Shown here: positions 10,022 through 18,803 of the stretch, piece by piece
Layout of the letters: each line of letters begins with the position of its first letter
How positions within the stretch are numbered: the first letter of the stretch is position 1
IMG/VR virus record: IMGVR_UViG_3300028837_002886
Location: 66,932-130,931 of that record
Strand: one strand, 5' to 3'
Origin: a virus
Length of the DNA stretch: 64,000 bases
The notes under the pieces: model-generated
Seen by the model: only the letters and a program-made list of their open reading frames with translations
Told to the model about the DNA's origin: nothing
Database searches by the model: none
Program-made: the position numbers and the translations under genes

Positions 10022-10768
10022 TTATGCGGGCTTGACGCGCTTTTTAGCTTCAGTCTTGGAGATAGGCTTAATTTCGTATGTTCCGTCTTTGTTTACTTTT
10101 TCAATAGCGCCGTATTTCTCGTCATCGCCGATGCGAACGACGCGGCCCGGGACCATTAGATCTTTCTTGCTTGGGGGTTTAGGTTGACCTTGTTGCCTCT
10201 TCTTTTGTTCTTTTTCCAAATGCTTATACAAACCCTCAGTGGTCCATAGCTTTGGATCTTTTACTTTCTTGGCATATCCTTTATCTATTCTCAGACCGGC
10301 ATACTTGCCTGTAGGCATTTTAAGAAGAAGACCAGCAACACTCTTGAGTTCGCCAAGAATGTTTTCATTTATGATCATATCGCCGGCGACGTTATACAAA
10401 TCGTTTGAGAGTTTTCGTCTAGCCGCTCTATCTAAATGAAGTCTTGCAATATGATAAAACTCATGAGCGATGATAAACATTAGTTGTTCGGGTGGGAACG
10501 TATCGATAAAAGCTTCGTTGTAGTAAAAGTTTATTTTGCCGTCCTGTATATTAACGCCCGCGGTTTGTACGTCAGGGTGGTTTTTGATAAATCTACACTT
10601 TAAAAGAAAAGTGGCGAATAAAGCATCCCTCGGAATGAGATGCTGTATCATCGCGCGCAATTTTTCTGGAGGTCTTGTTTCTTCTTGTTCTAACAGCAGG
10701 TTGCCGATCTCGACAAATGGATCTTGTACCCGCTCATTCATTCGTTCAAGTAAACTCTTAAGACTCAC
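10022..10768 (-). CDS. HExxH metallopeptidase (N-terminal half of a DUF2201-type peptidase-vWA protein)
   Basis: TAGVN...YYNEAFI...FIIAHEFYHIARLH...YNVAGDMIIN. Confidence 0.85.
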   Translation of the reverse strand: MSLKSLLERMNERVQDPFVEIGNLLLEQEETRPPEKLRAMIQHLIPRDALFATFLLKCRFIKNHPDVQTAGVNIQDGKINFYYNEAFIDTFPPEQLMFIIAHEFYHIARLHLDRAARRKLSNDLYNVAGDMIINENILGELKSVAGLLLKMPTGKYAGLRIDKGYAKKVKDPKLWTTEGLYKHLEKEQKKRQQGQPKPPSKKDLMVPGRVVRIGDDEKYGAIEKVNKDGTYEIKPISKTEAKKRVKPA

Positions 10769-13070
10769 GCTTTACTCCTGCGAGTTTGAGCATATCTTCT
10801 GTGATTGTTATATCGGGAGTTAGAGGAGAAATAGCCTCTTCCTTTTTGGTTTTCTTTTTCTTTCTCTCGTGAAGGATAAAGTTCTTTGTCTCGGTATTAA
10901 TGAACCGCTGTTTGAGCTCTGGATCTTTAATTCTTACGGCTGCCTTTTCGATAGGCTCATAAGTTTCTCCAGACTTCATCATTTGCATGTACTTCTTTTT
11001 ATCATCTCCAGTTGCTATTTGCTCAAACTGCTTATCGATAGACTGCATGAAGCCATCCCATCCAGCCTTGATGCGATCAATGCCGAGCTGCAACAGGCCT
11101 GCTTTATAATCTATGGCCAGCTGATTCTTCATTTCAAGAGCAGGAGCCAATGACTCAAAGTGGGCTGTAATAATTTCAGCGCCTATGTCTAGGTCCTTAA
11201 CGAATTGACCAACGTTCATGAGGGCTTGAGTCAAAGGATCGCTTTTTGCTGATTCGTAATATTTAATACCCTTTTCCTTCATATATTTCTTCATGGCCGT
11301 TTTGGAACCGAAGTTGGCGATTTCCTGTGCCATTTCATTCATCATAATTTCATGGTCGATGGACTTGCCTTTGATTTTCTCGCGAACACCCTTGTAATTT
11401 AATAGGACATCTCTGGATGAAACCGCTTGCTTTTTGAGTTCTTCATAGTTGAGTACCATTTCGGATACTAGTTCTTCAGAATCTTTGCCTAGAAGTCTAG
11501 GAGCAACGGATTTAAACAAGTCGGCTTGACTGGCTACAATATACGCTCTTGCTCCGACGGCCTCTACATCTTTCATGTCCTTGAATGATTTCTTGCCTAA
11601 TTCCTGATAATTCTTTTTCTGAGCGTCTTCAAGAGCGCTGTACTCTTTCAAGCCCTTTAGTTTGGTCATCCTATCTACAGAAGTCCATGTTGCTGGATCT
11701 AACCAGCCTGATTCGGCTTCGCCGCCGAAACCCTTCATGACTTTCTGAAAGGCCGCTTGAGGATCCTTGCTTTCTTCTGTCCATTTTAGTAGGTTAGATG
11801 TTATGATAGAAAGAACAGGCCCTGTGTTGATTTTCTTGTTTTTGTAATCGATGATGGTGTCTTTCTTGGAGAACTTTAGCCAATCTGGTAAGCTGTACTC
11901 CATTCTCATCTTGTACATAAAACGTCTAAGAGTAGGAGCGTCGAGCTCGTTGACTGCGGTCGCGTTGTCTACTTCGCCCGCGTTGCCGGCTGCGATAGCG
12001 ATTGTATTTTTTGGTAAAACATATGTTCCTATTTTACCTGTAAGCGCCAGGTTCATGGCTGCTTTCATTTGTTCTTGAGAACCAGCGTTGAACTCATCCA
12101 AGAACAATAAGTGCTTCTTCGTGCTGCCTTGCTCTGGCATTACATCCGACACCTGCATTGTAACACCCTTGCGCCCTGTCATTTTTCCTTCCATGTCTAT
12201 AACAGGAAAACCAGCGAGAGTTTCAATAGGCACGTGCTGTATTTGGAGCAATGTTACTTCCCAGCCTCTCTTCTCAAAAAATTCTGTAATGACTTCGGAT
12301 TTGCCAACACCAGGAGGACCATAAAGAAGCATTGACAGCTTTCGCTTTTCGCCAGCTGCGCCTGCTTCGACTATGTCTGCCATATCTTCGAGTGTTTCTT
12401 CCAGGTCGCCGACTGTAATTATACTTTCAGCAACCGGAACGTCTTTTCTTTTACTAAGCTCTGCGGCCATGCTTTGAATGTTGAACTCAGCCTCGGCTTG
12501 TTTTCTGACGCCCATGTATTCCTTCTCTGCCTCTTTGGGTGCCATAACTTCCAAACAAATCTTTTCTAAAAGAATTCTGTCTGCATCGCTTATGGCGTCT
12601 TCGGCGACACCTACCTTGGCGGGTGCCCACAGTGTAGGCCCTAAATAGAATATAGGGACCCCGCCTCTTGGGTGCATCTTGGCTACAGCAACACTACCAT
12701 CTGGCTGCAAATGGCCTTTTATTTTGCCATTCTTGCTGCTCTCGTGTTGATACATCGGCACTTTCTTTTTGCCGCTATAGGTGACGCGCTTCATGTAATC
12801 GAGGTCTGGTGTGACCTTTTCGCCGCGATTGTTATAGAGGGCATATTTGTTATTTACTAACTTACATATCGCAGCATGAAATCTGAACCAGGCTGGCTCA
12901 ATAGCCTTGACTGCTTTTGACATTTTTTCATATATTTTTCTCAAGGCAACAGGAACAGCCGCAAGAGCCTTTTTAACCCCTGCGCCCATCTTTTGAGCTG
13001 TGGCCGGAATGTCAACTTCGTTTAGTTCATCATTCATTTTATCAAGTAGATGATCAAATCCGAGAGCCAT
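10758..13070 (-). CDS. MoxR-like AAA+ ATPase
   Basis: Walker A GPPGVGKS, Walker B LFLDEFN, AAGN, LDAPTLRRF. Confidence 0.9.
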   Translation of the reverse strand: MALGFDHLLDKMNDELNEVDIPATAQKMGAGVKKALAAVPVALRKIYEKMSKAVKAIEPAWFRFHAAICKLVNNKYALYNNRGEKVTPDLDYMKRVTYSGKKKVPMYQHESSKNGKIKGHLQPDGSVAVAKMHPRGGVPIFYLGPTLWAPAKVGVAEDAISDADRILLEKICLEVMAPKEAEKEYMGVRKQAEAEFNIQSMAAELSKRKDVPVAESIITVGDLEETLEDMADIVEAGAAGEKRKLSMLLYGPPGVGKSEVITEFFEKRGWEVTLLQIQHVPIETLAGFPVIDMEGKMTGRKGVTMQVSDVMPEQGSTKKHLLFLDEFNAGSQEQMKAAMNLALTGKIGTYVLPKNTIAIAAGNAGEVDNATAVNELDAPTLRRFMYKMRMEYSLPDWLKFSKKDTIIDYKNKKINTGPVLSIITSNLLKWTEESKDPQAAFQKVMKGFGGEAESGWLDPATWTSVDRMTKLKGLKEYSALEDAQKKNYQELGKKSFKDMKDVEAVGARAYIVASQADLFKSVAPRLLGKDSEELVSEMVLNYEELKKQAVSSRDVLLNYKGVREKIKGKSIDHEIMMNEMAQEIANFGSKTAMKKYMKEKGIKYYESAKSDPLTQALMNVGQFVKDLDIGAEIITAHFESLAPALEMKNQLAIDYKAGLLQLGIDRIKAGWDGFMQSIDKQFEQIATGDDKKKYMQMMKSGETYEPIEKAAVRIKDPELKQRFINTETKNFILHERKKKKTKKEEAISPLTPDITITEDMLKLAGVKRES

Positions 13071-13080
13071 TGTATTCCTC

Positions 13081-14187
13081 CTAAAACTTCGGCTGGTCGT
13101 ACATTATATGATTACCGTCTTTCTTCGGGTATCTGGTGTTAGGGTCTTGAGTTATTACGTAAAAAATATTATCTTCACTCGTGCCATAGACTTTTCCTAA
13201 AGTCTGTTTCGTCATCGGACTAAAGCCGCCATCGGTGAAGATCACCAGAAATGGTGCTGTTGAGTATTTAGTGCCCAGCAAAGACCTAACTACCTGCGTG
13301 TCCGATGGACCCAACTGTAGCAAAAATTTGCCGTCTTTCTCTTCTTTGATTAAAGTTTCGTCGATATATCTAAATATAGAGCCAGGGTCAGTGCCTCCAC
13401 CACCCTTGACTTCTATCTTTTTGCTCGGTTTAAATTCCATGAATTGGTGTACCGTAGTATCCCACTCCATAGCAAACACTTTACCAGAAACACCACCTGC
13501 TGCCGCCTCAAACGTCTTGGCTACAGAGTTGAGTTCGTTGACTACGTTTTGCATGTCGTCAGCAGTGATAGAACCAGAAGTATCAAATGCGAATATCATG
13601 TAGATATAATTCTTTTTTGGTTTTCTTAGAGGCGCCTTCGCTATAATACCGACCTGTGCTTGTGCCTTCCATGGATACATAAGATAGCTTGGATGCTGTT
13701 TTAATTTCTTACCGACCTTATCGGCAAAAAATCTGACTTTTTGTTTGAGCAATCTTGGCCAATCGATTTTGGCATCAATCAAAGGTCCAAAAACTTGTAA
13801 ACTGTTTCCGGCCTCTTTACCTGCCTTACCTCCCATACGATGAGTTTTGCGTTTAGCTTCATCATAAACCCGTTTTATAACACCTCTGGCTGTGCCGTCG
13901 CTCTTGTCGATTATTTTTTCGGTATCGGTTAGAGTGCCACGTTTCTTTTCGCCCTCTTTAGGTTTGGCCTCTCCGGGCTTACCTTTTCCTGGTTTACCTT
14001 CTGCCGGCAGCTCCTCGACACCCTTTTTATCCTCGCCTTCTCCGGGTTGTGGCTGTCCGGCCGGAGGAGGGCCAAAAGGCCATACCTCAACATCTTCGGG
14101 GGCCTGTACGGCACCACCTTCGCCCGGCGCGCCTTGCGGCTGACCGGGCACTATAGGTGTTAGTTCATCGAAAGTATAGGTTGGCAT
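13081..14187 (-). CDS. vWA domain protein (C-terminal half of a DUF2201-type protein)
   Basis: MIDAS DTSGS, GGGGTD, IFTDG; IDWPRLL; G/P/E/K-rich linker at the N-terminus. Confidence 0.85.
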   Translation of the reverse strand: MPTYTFDELTPIVPGQPQGAPGEGGAVQAPEDVEVWPFGPPPAGQPQPGEGEDKKGVEELPAEGKPGKGKPGEAKPKEGEKKRGTLTDTEKIIDKSDGTARGVIKRVYDEAKRKTHRMGGKAGKEAGNSLQVFGPLIDAKIDWPRLLKQKVRFFADKVGKKLKQHPSYLMYPWKAQAQVGIIAKAPLRKPKKNYIYMIFAFDTSGSITADDMQNVVNELNSVAKTFEAAAGGVSGKVFAMEWDTTVHQFMEFKPSKKIEVKGGGGTDPGSIFRYIDETLIKEEKDGKFLLQLGPSDTQVVRSLLGTKYSTAPFLVIFTDGGFSPMTKQTLGKVYGTSEDNIFYVITQDPNTRYPKKDGNHIMYDQPKF

Positions 14188-14195
14188 TTGCTACC

Positions 14196-14642
14196 TTACT
14201 TTTTAGTCTTAAGCTTTGCGGCTGTCGTGTTGAGAACACCGATCGTTTTGTTCTCAAGCAGATCCTTGATTGTCTCAAGTAACTTCAGAAAGTTCATATC
14301 ACCGCTTTTTGATACCTCAACGAATGTGGTAGCATCGATTGCTTCACTCACGCTTTCACCAAATTCGGCTCCCATTCCTTTCTTTGCTGCAACAGCTTCT
14401 TTGGACTTTGGCTCCATTGCGATAATTTCCCACTTATCGTTTTCGAAGTCATTACTGTCCTGCTTGAGACCGATCACGATGTTGTATTTCTCGGGAACGT
14501 ATGCCCACTTAAAACCATACTTTTTCTTGATGGCATCAGGCACGTTCTCACCATGCATCATGGCCTCTGTCAGAGCTTGCTCTGCGCCTTTCTCTGACTT
14601 TTCCTCGAGCATGTCCATAAACTTATCGAGTTGCATGCGCAT
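14196..14642 (-). CDS. Hypothetical protein, first gene of the vWA/AAA/peptidase operon
   Basis: SD AAGGAG; AAGATAA motif upstream. Confidence 0.7.
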   Translation of the reverse strand: MRMQLDKFMDMLEEKSEKGAEQALTEAMMHGENVPDAIKKKYGFKWAYVPEKYNIVIGLKQDSNDFENDKWEIIAMEPKSKEAVAAKKGMGAEFGESVSEAIDATTFVEVSKSGDMNFLKLLETIKDLLENKTIGVLNTTAAKLKTKK

Positions 14643-14652
14643 TTCTCCTTAC

Positions 14653-15258
14653 CTAGGTTTTTATTATCTTATCATCACTAAGCTGATTACTGCTAGCTGC
14701 AATCAACTTTTTTAGATTGTCGTATTCATTCCACAAAGTCGTGGGCATTAATCTTTTGAAATTCTCTTCGTTACTGTCTAGCAAAGCCTTTCGTACCCTT
14801 GTGGCGCTCACGCTTTCGTCTTCACGAGATATTGTTTGGACTTCTACTTTGGCGCCGTCTTCATAATAATCCTCAATATGTTTCCTATACTCGTCGGCGC
14901 GATCTTCGCCAGCAAACAGAACAAAGTGAGCTTTTGTTTTTTGTTTGCTGATATATCTCGACAGCCTTTGTACTATATGAGGCGTGAAACCGGTCGGAGC
15001 TTTTATAATGTGGGTCTTCGGTATTTTACCCGCAAAAGCTTTATGGATCAGCTTCTCGCGCTGTTGAAACGTGAGCGGATTATTTTTCCTTGACCGTCCT
15101 GCCACTATTATCACGAATAAGTCGCGGTACTTTTTTCGAGCGTCGTCGATTATGTTATAGTGCGCTACGGTCAAAGGTTGCATCCGCCCAAAAAACAAGG
15201 CTGTGCCTTCTAAGTGTCCTTCAAATAATACATCTCTGATTATAGTGTTAATGTTCAT
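14653..15258 (-). CDS. HIGH-family (cytidylyltransferase-like) nucleotidyltransferase
   Basis: FFGRMQPLTVAH, NPLT, AGEDR, VSATRVR; likely start MNINTII at 15258. Confidence 0.8.
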   Translation of the reverse strand: MNINTIIRDVLFEGHLEGTALFFGRMQPLTVAHYNIIDDARKKYRDLFVIIVAGRSRKNNPLTFQQREKLIHKAFAGKIPKTHIIKAPTGFTPHIVQRLSRYISKQKTKAHFVLFAGEDRADEYRKHIEDYYEDGAKVEVQTISREDESVSATRVRKALLDSNEENFKRLMPTTLWNEYDNLKKLIAASSNQLSDDKIIKT

Positions 15259-15277
15259 AGCACCATTATCTTTACGA

Positions 15278-15850
15278 TTAGTTAGTAATAATCTTATTAC
15301 TTTTTCGTATATTGTCTTTTGCCCATAATGGTTGGAGATTACACAAAGCCCAGCATTGTTTGAATTCTGGATATTCAGGTTTCTCAAATTTCCACGCAGA
15401 TCTTGGAATTATGTGATCTATATGCCATTGACCATAGTTGTTCCAAGACATACCAGGCTGGAATAGATTTTCGAGGTGTTCTTTAAGTTGTTGTAAAGTA
15501 TAACCAACTAGTTCTTCCCAGTGTCTCCCAGATTTGCTTTCCTTAAGCGAATGATACATCATACTGCCGACACTATTATTTAATCTATAATTAAGATCGT
15601 TTTTTTGTTTATCTGCTAGCCGAAGCTTAAGATACTCATTTAATCTTCCATTATTGTTTTGCTTCCATTGCCGACAGCTTTCCTTATGTTTTTCCCAGTT
15701 ATTCAAGCGCCATTGTTTATTTGATTCCTTAATTTTTTCCTTGTTACTATTGCGATATATTCTAGAGCGCTCTTTCTCTTCTTCTAAATGAGTAGATCTA
15801 TATTGTTTGTTATATCTACGTTGTCTGGTTCTCTTTTTCTCTCCGGTCAT
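15278..15850 (-). CDS. HNH endonuclease (putative homing endonuclease)
   Basis: MSWNNYGQWHIDHIIP...NLQPLWAKDNIRK. Confidence 0.85.
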   Translation of the reverse strand: MTGEKKRTRQRRYNKQYRSTHLEEEKERSRIYRNSNKEKIKESNKQWRLNNWEKHKESCRQWKQNNNGRLNEYLKLRLADKQKNDLNYRLNNSVGSMMYHSLKESKSGRHWEELVGYTLQQLKEHLENLFQPGMSWNNYGQWHIDHIIPRSAWKFEKPEYPEFKQCWALCNLQPLWAKDNIRKSNKIITN

Positions 15851-17268
15851 TAATACTTCTCCAAAACTATCTTTTGGAACCCCTCTCCACGATAGGCCTT
15901 TATTCTCTCTTTACTATGGCGCTCAAGATAGCGGTTAGTGGCATCATAAAAGTCATAGATTACAACTTCACGTTTGGTGTCTGTTTTACGCAACGCTCGG
16001 CCCAATCTTTGAAGAGCCCTTATGAATGATTTGCCGCCTGCCGTCACTATTAAAGTTTTGAGTTCTTGGATGTCTATACCCTCGTCTAAAATAGTGGAAC
16101 CAATAAGGATTATATCCTTGCCTTCTTCAAACTCTTTTATGGCCTGCTCGCGCTCTTCTACTTTGGTGTCGCCGTAAATGAACACAGAGTTTGGGATCAT
16201 CTTGTTCAGCTTTTCGCCATGAATGATATTTTTAACAAGCACTAAAACAGGTTCAGGCGCATTTTTAGCAAGCTCTACTATTTTTTCATTTCGATAATGG
16301 TTATGTATTATACCGCCTCGTTCTGCCCCGACCCAGCCGTATTCCTCTATATTGCGATTGTAAATCTTGGGGCCGCTCTTGAGCTTTTTTCTCTGAGTTA
16401 CTTTATTTATGGGCACGATATGAATAGTAGGCTCAGCCAACCATCCTTCATCGACCAATTGCTTGGCACCCAAATCGAACTTGGCCTCACCGAACCAAGC
16501 TTTTACAAGAGCGTTGTGAAGTTTATCCTTACTAAATGGAGTTGCCGATAATCCGAGTTTGTAGTGAGCGTTGACAAGCTGAGATAACAGCGTTTGATAC
16601 GTAGGCGCATTTGCCCTGTGAACCTCATCAACAAATACCATTTTAAAGTTCTGCCTTATTGTCGGGTCTATCTTACGTGCGGACTGAATGGTTGCTATTG
16701 TGATTTTATCAGGCCTATAGTTGGTGCCCTGAACTATACCTATGTTGGTGAGGCCATCTTCCCTGAACTTCTTCTCTGTTTGATGAATAAGGTCCTTCTT
16801 GTGGGCCAACACAAGAGTGGGCACATCCAATAACTTTATAATGGCGGCCATAATTTTTGTTTTGCCAGATGCGGTAGCCGATTTGATAATCATTTGCTGC
16901 TCTTTTAAAAACATTTTGACAGCGTCTATTTGATATGGTCGTAACTCAACATTGAGACAGTTTTTTATCTCGCCGGCAGTAAAGTTGTGAGTGTGCTTCT
17001 GACGATGATCGACTATTTGATAGTTCAGGTTTTCTATATTATCTAATAGCTTTTTTAGTTCCTCGAAGAGGCCTATTGGCAGGCCAGCGTGCTGCTTGTT
17101 TTGAAATTTGAGAAGTTTTACTATACGCACATTGTGTTTTTGGAACCTGCCATATGTAAAGGCTTGGGATATATCTCGGTAGGTAAACTTTTTGGAAATA
17201 TGCTCTAATAAATAATTACGTGCAGTGATAGCGATGAAATTATTTGTTAACTCCACTTTACAAAGCAT
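15850..17268 (-). CDS. uvsW: SF2 helicase, UvsW-like
   Basis: RPYQ, ATASGKT, DEVH, GLSATP, QRLGRALR, YDFYD. Confidence 0.85.
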   Translation of the reverse strand: MLCKVELTNNFIAITARNYLLEHISKKFTYRDISQAFTYGRFQKHNVRIVKLLKFQNKQHAGLPIGLFEELKKLLDNIENLNYQIVDHRQKHTHNFTAGEIKNCLNVELRPYQIDAVKMFLKEQQMIIKSATASGKTKIMAAIIKLLDVPTLVLAHKKDLIHQTEKKFREDGLTNIGIVQGTNYRPDKITIATIQSARKIDPTIRQNFKMVFVDEVHRANAPTYQTLLSQLVNAHYKLGLSATPFSKDKLHNALVKAWFGEAKFDLGAKQLVDEGWLAEPTIHIVPINKVTQRKKLKSGPKIYNRNIEEYGWVGAERGGIIHNHYRNEKIVELAKNAPEPVLVLVKNIIHGEKLNKMIPNSVFIYGDTKVEEREQAIKEFEEGKDIILIGSTILDEGIDIQELKTLIVTAGGKSFIRALQRLGRALRKTDTKREVVIYDFYDATNRYLERHSKERIKAYRGEGFQKIVLEKY

Positions 17269-17290
17269 GTTTTCACCTGGATTATATTAA

Positions 17291-17485
17291 TTACTTTTGT
17301 TTCTTTTTCCAAGCCTTTAGGGCTTTTTCATATTCTTCTTCAGAATCGAATTCTTCTATTTTCGGGCAATTACCCATTCTTCTACCTTTCCCAGACATTC
17401 CGGGTGCTGGCCCCGAACCATCTGGTATTCCTCTTACGCCTTTCCAACCTTCTGTCAATTTATCAAGCAGCTTTTGTAAAGTCAT
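17291..17485 (-). CDS. Small Gly-rich protein with DUF5320-like motif
   Basis: PDGSGPAPGMSGKGRRMGNC. Confidence 0.5.
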   Translation of the reverse strand: MTLQKLLDKLTEGWKGVRGIPDGSGPAPGMSGKGRRMGNCPKIEEFDSEEEYEKALKAWKKKQK

Positions 17486-17497
17486 TTTGGTGTCCTC

Positions 17498-17638
17498 TCA
17501 CTTTTTCTTCTTTTTTTTAGGCTTAGGTTTCTCGTCTACCTCTTTGGCTTCTGGTTCTTCGGCTACTTCTTTTTCGGCGCTTACTTCTTTATCAAAAATA
17601 CCTTCTTGTAGTTTCTTTAGCAGATCTTCAAACCTCAT
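17498..17638 (-). CDS. Small charged protein (MRFEDLLKKLQEG...KPKKKKKK, 46 aa)
   Basis: Translated by hand; SD GGAGG. Confidence 0.65.
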   Translation of the reverse strand: MRFEDLLKKLQEGIFDKEVSAEKEVAEEPEAKEVDEKPKPKKKKKK

Positions 17639-17667
17639 ACGTTCCTCCGTTTATATATGATCTACGA

Positions 17668-18803
17668 TTATCTTTGTGGGGACAATAGTATCTTTGCAAT
17701 ATTTGACTTAATGAGGGATCTGATATCTTCTTTAGTGGTGTCGCGGTCTACCCAAATACTAAATATCTCACTAAGTATCTCTTGGTGAGGAGTGCTTTTG
17801 GGCCACACTTTGTATAACATAAATTTCGCATGCGTGCGCACAAATATTTTGTTCTCTATTTCATCTGTATAATCCAGAACCGAGAAATTGTAGCCTTCCA
17901 GTTGTTCCTCTTGTATTTCTTCTACAACTTCTTCTATTTCATCTATTAACGTCATTTCTCAAAAAAGCTTTGGAGATCTCTTTCCTTACTTTTCGTTTCA
18001 CCTCCCCGATTGTAGCCCCCTCCCTGAAATATACTTTTGCTATCTCATATTCCATATATGATACTTTTGCTACATAGTCCTCGTTGTGTATGACAACCTC
18101 ATAAGTGCGATCTTTAATATTCATTAGCTCGCCTGGAAATGTAACACTAAAATTATGACCTGTTTGCTCATTGATCCGCATCAAAAGCATCCCCAGTTCC
18201 TCGTACATTTTTTCCATGTCATATAAACGATCATCGATTTTTGGAAACATAAGTTTCATTTCTTTAAAAGCCATTTCGCTAACGCCTTTTCTAGTAGCTT
18301 TGGTATTTCTTCCATTCGCATAGCATTTGCTCTTATGTTTATAATGTCAACAGTAAAAGTATTGCTCATATAATCCTGGTCGTCCGGTCTTGTTGCCAGA
18401 TTTGAATCCACAATAGTACGCATTATAAAAGAAATGTGGTATTCGAAAGAATAATCCACGGGCATTACTCTGATTACGTTCGTATCTAAATAGTACATGT
18501 GGCAATTAAACACCTCATTGAAGTGCTTGGCCGATGCGACGGCACATTTTGTTATTTTTATTTCATCGCTAGTATAACTCACCTCAACAACAACCTCTTT
18601 GCTTTCGCAATGCGGCCCATTCGCTTAACTAAAGGGTGATCCAATATGCTATCAAATCTTTCGCCCTGACGGTTTCGTATCTGACCTTTGTCCAGATACA
18701 TAACAGACCACTCTTTCTCTCCTTTGAAGATGATGTTGGCCATTTCTATAGATGTTTTAAGCCGCTCTCTCCGTTCTGCTTCCTTGTCTGTTATTTGGCC
18801 CAT
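17668..18803 (-). CDS. Four small hypothetical proteins (17668..17955, 17939..18274, 18256..18582, 18579..18803), all ending in the AKxLL-type motif
   Basis: C-termini IAKILLSPQR, ISKAFLRND, LAKWLLKK, KAKRLLLR. Confidence 0.7.

Noticed and set aside
15259-15387. Longer N-terminus of the HIGH nucleotidyltransferase
   Set aside because: It overlaps the HNH gene; the AAGATAA motif and LxE leader point to the start at 15258.
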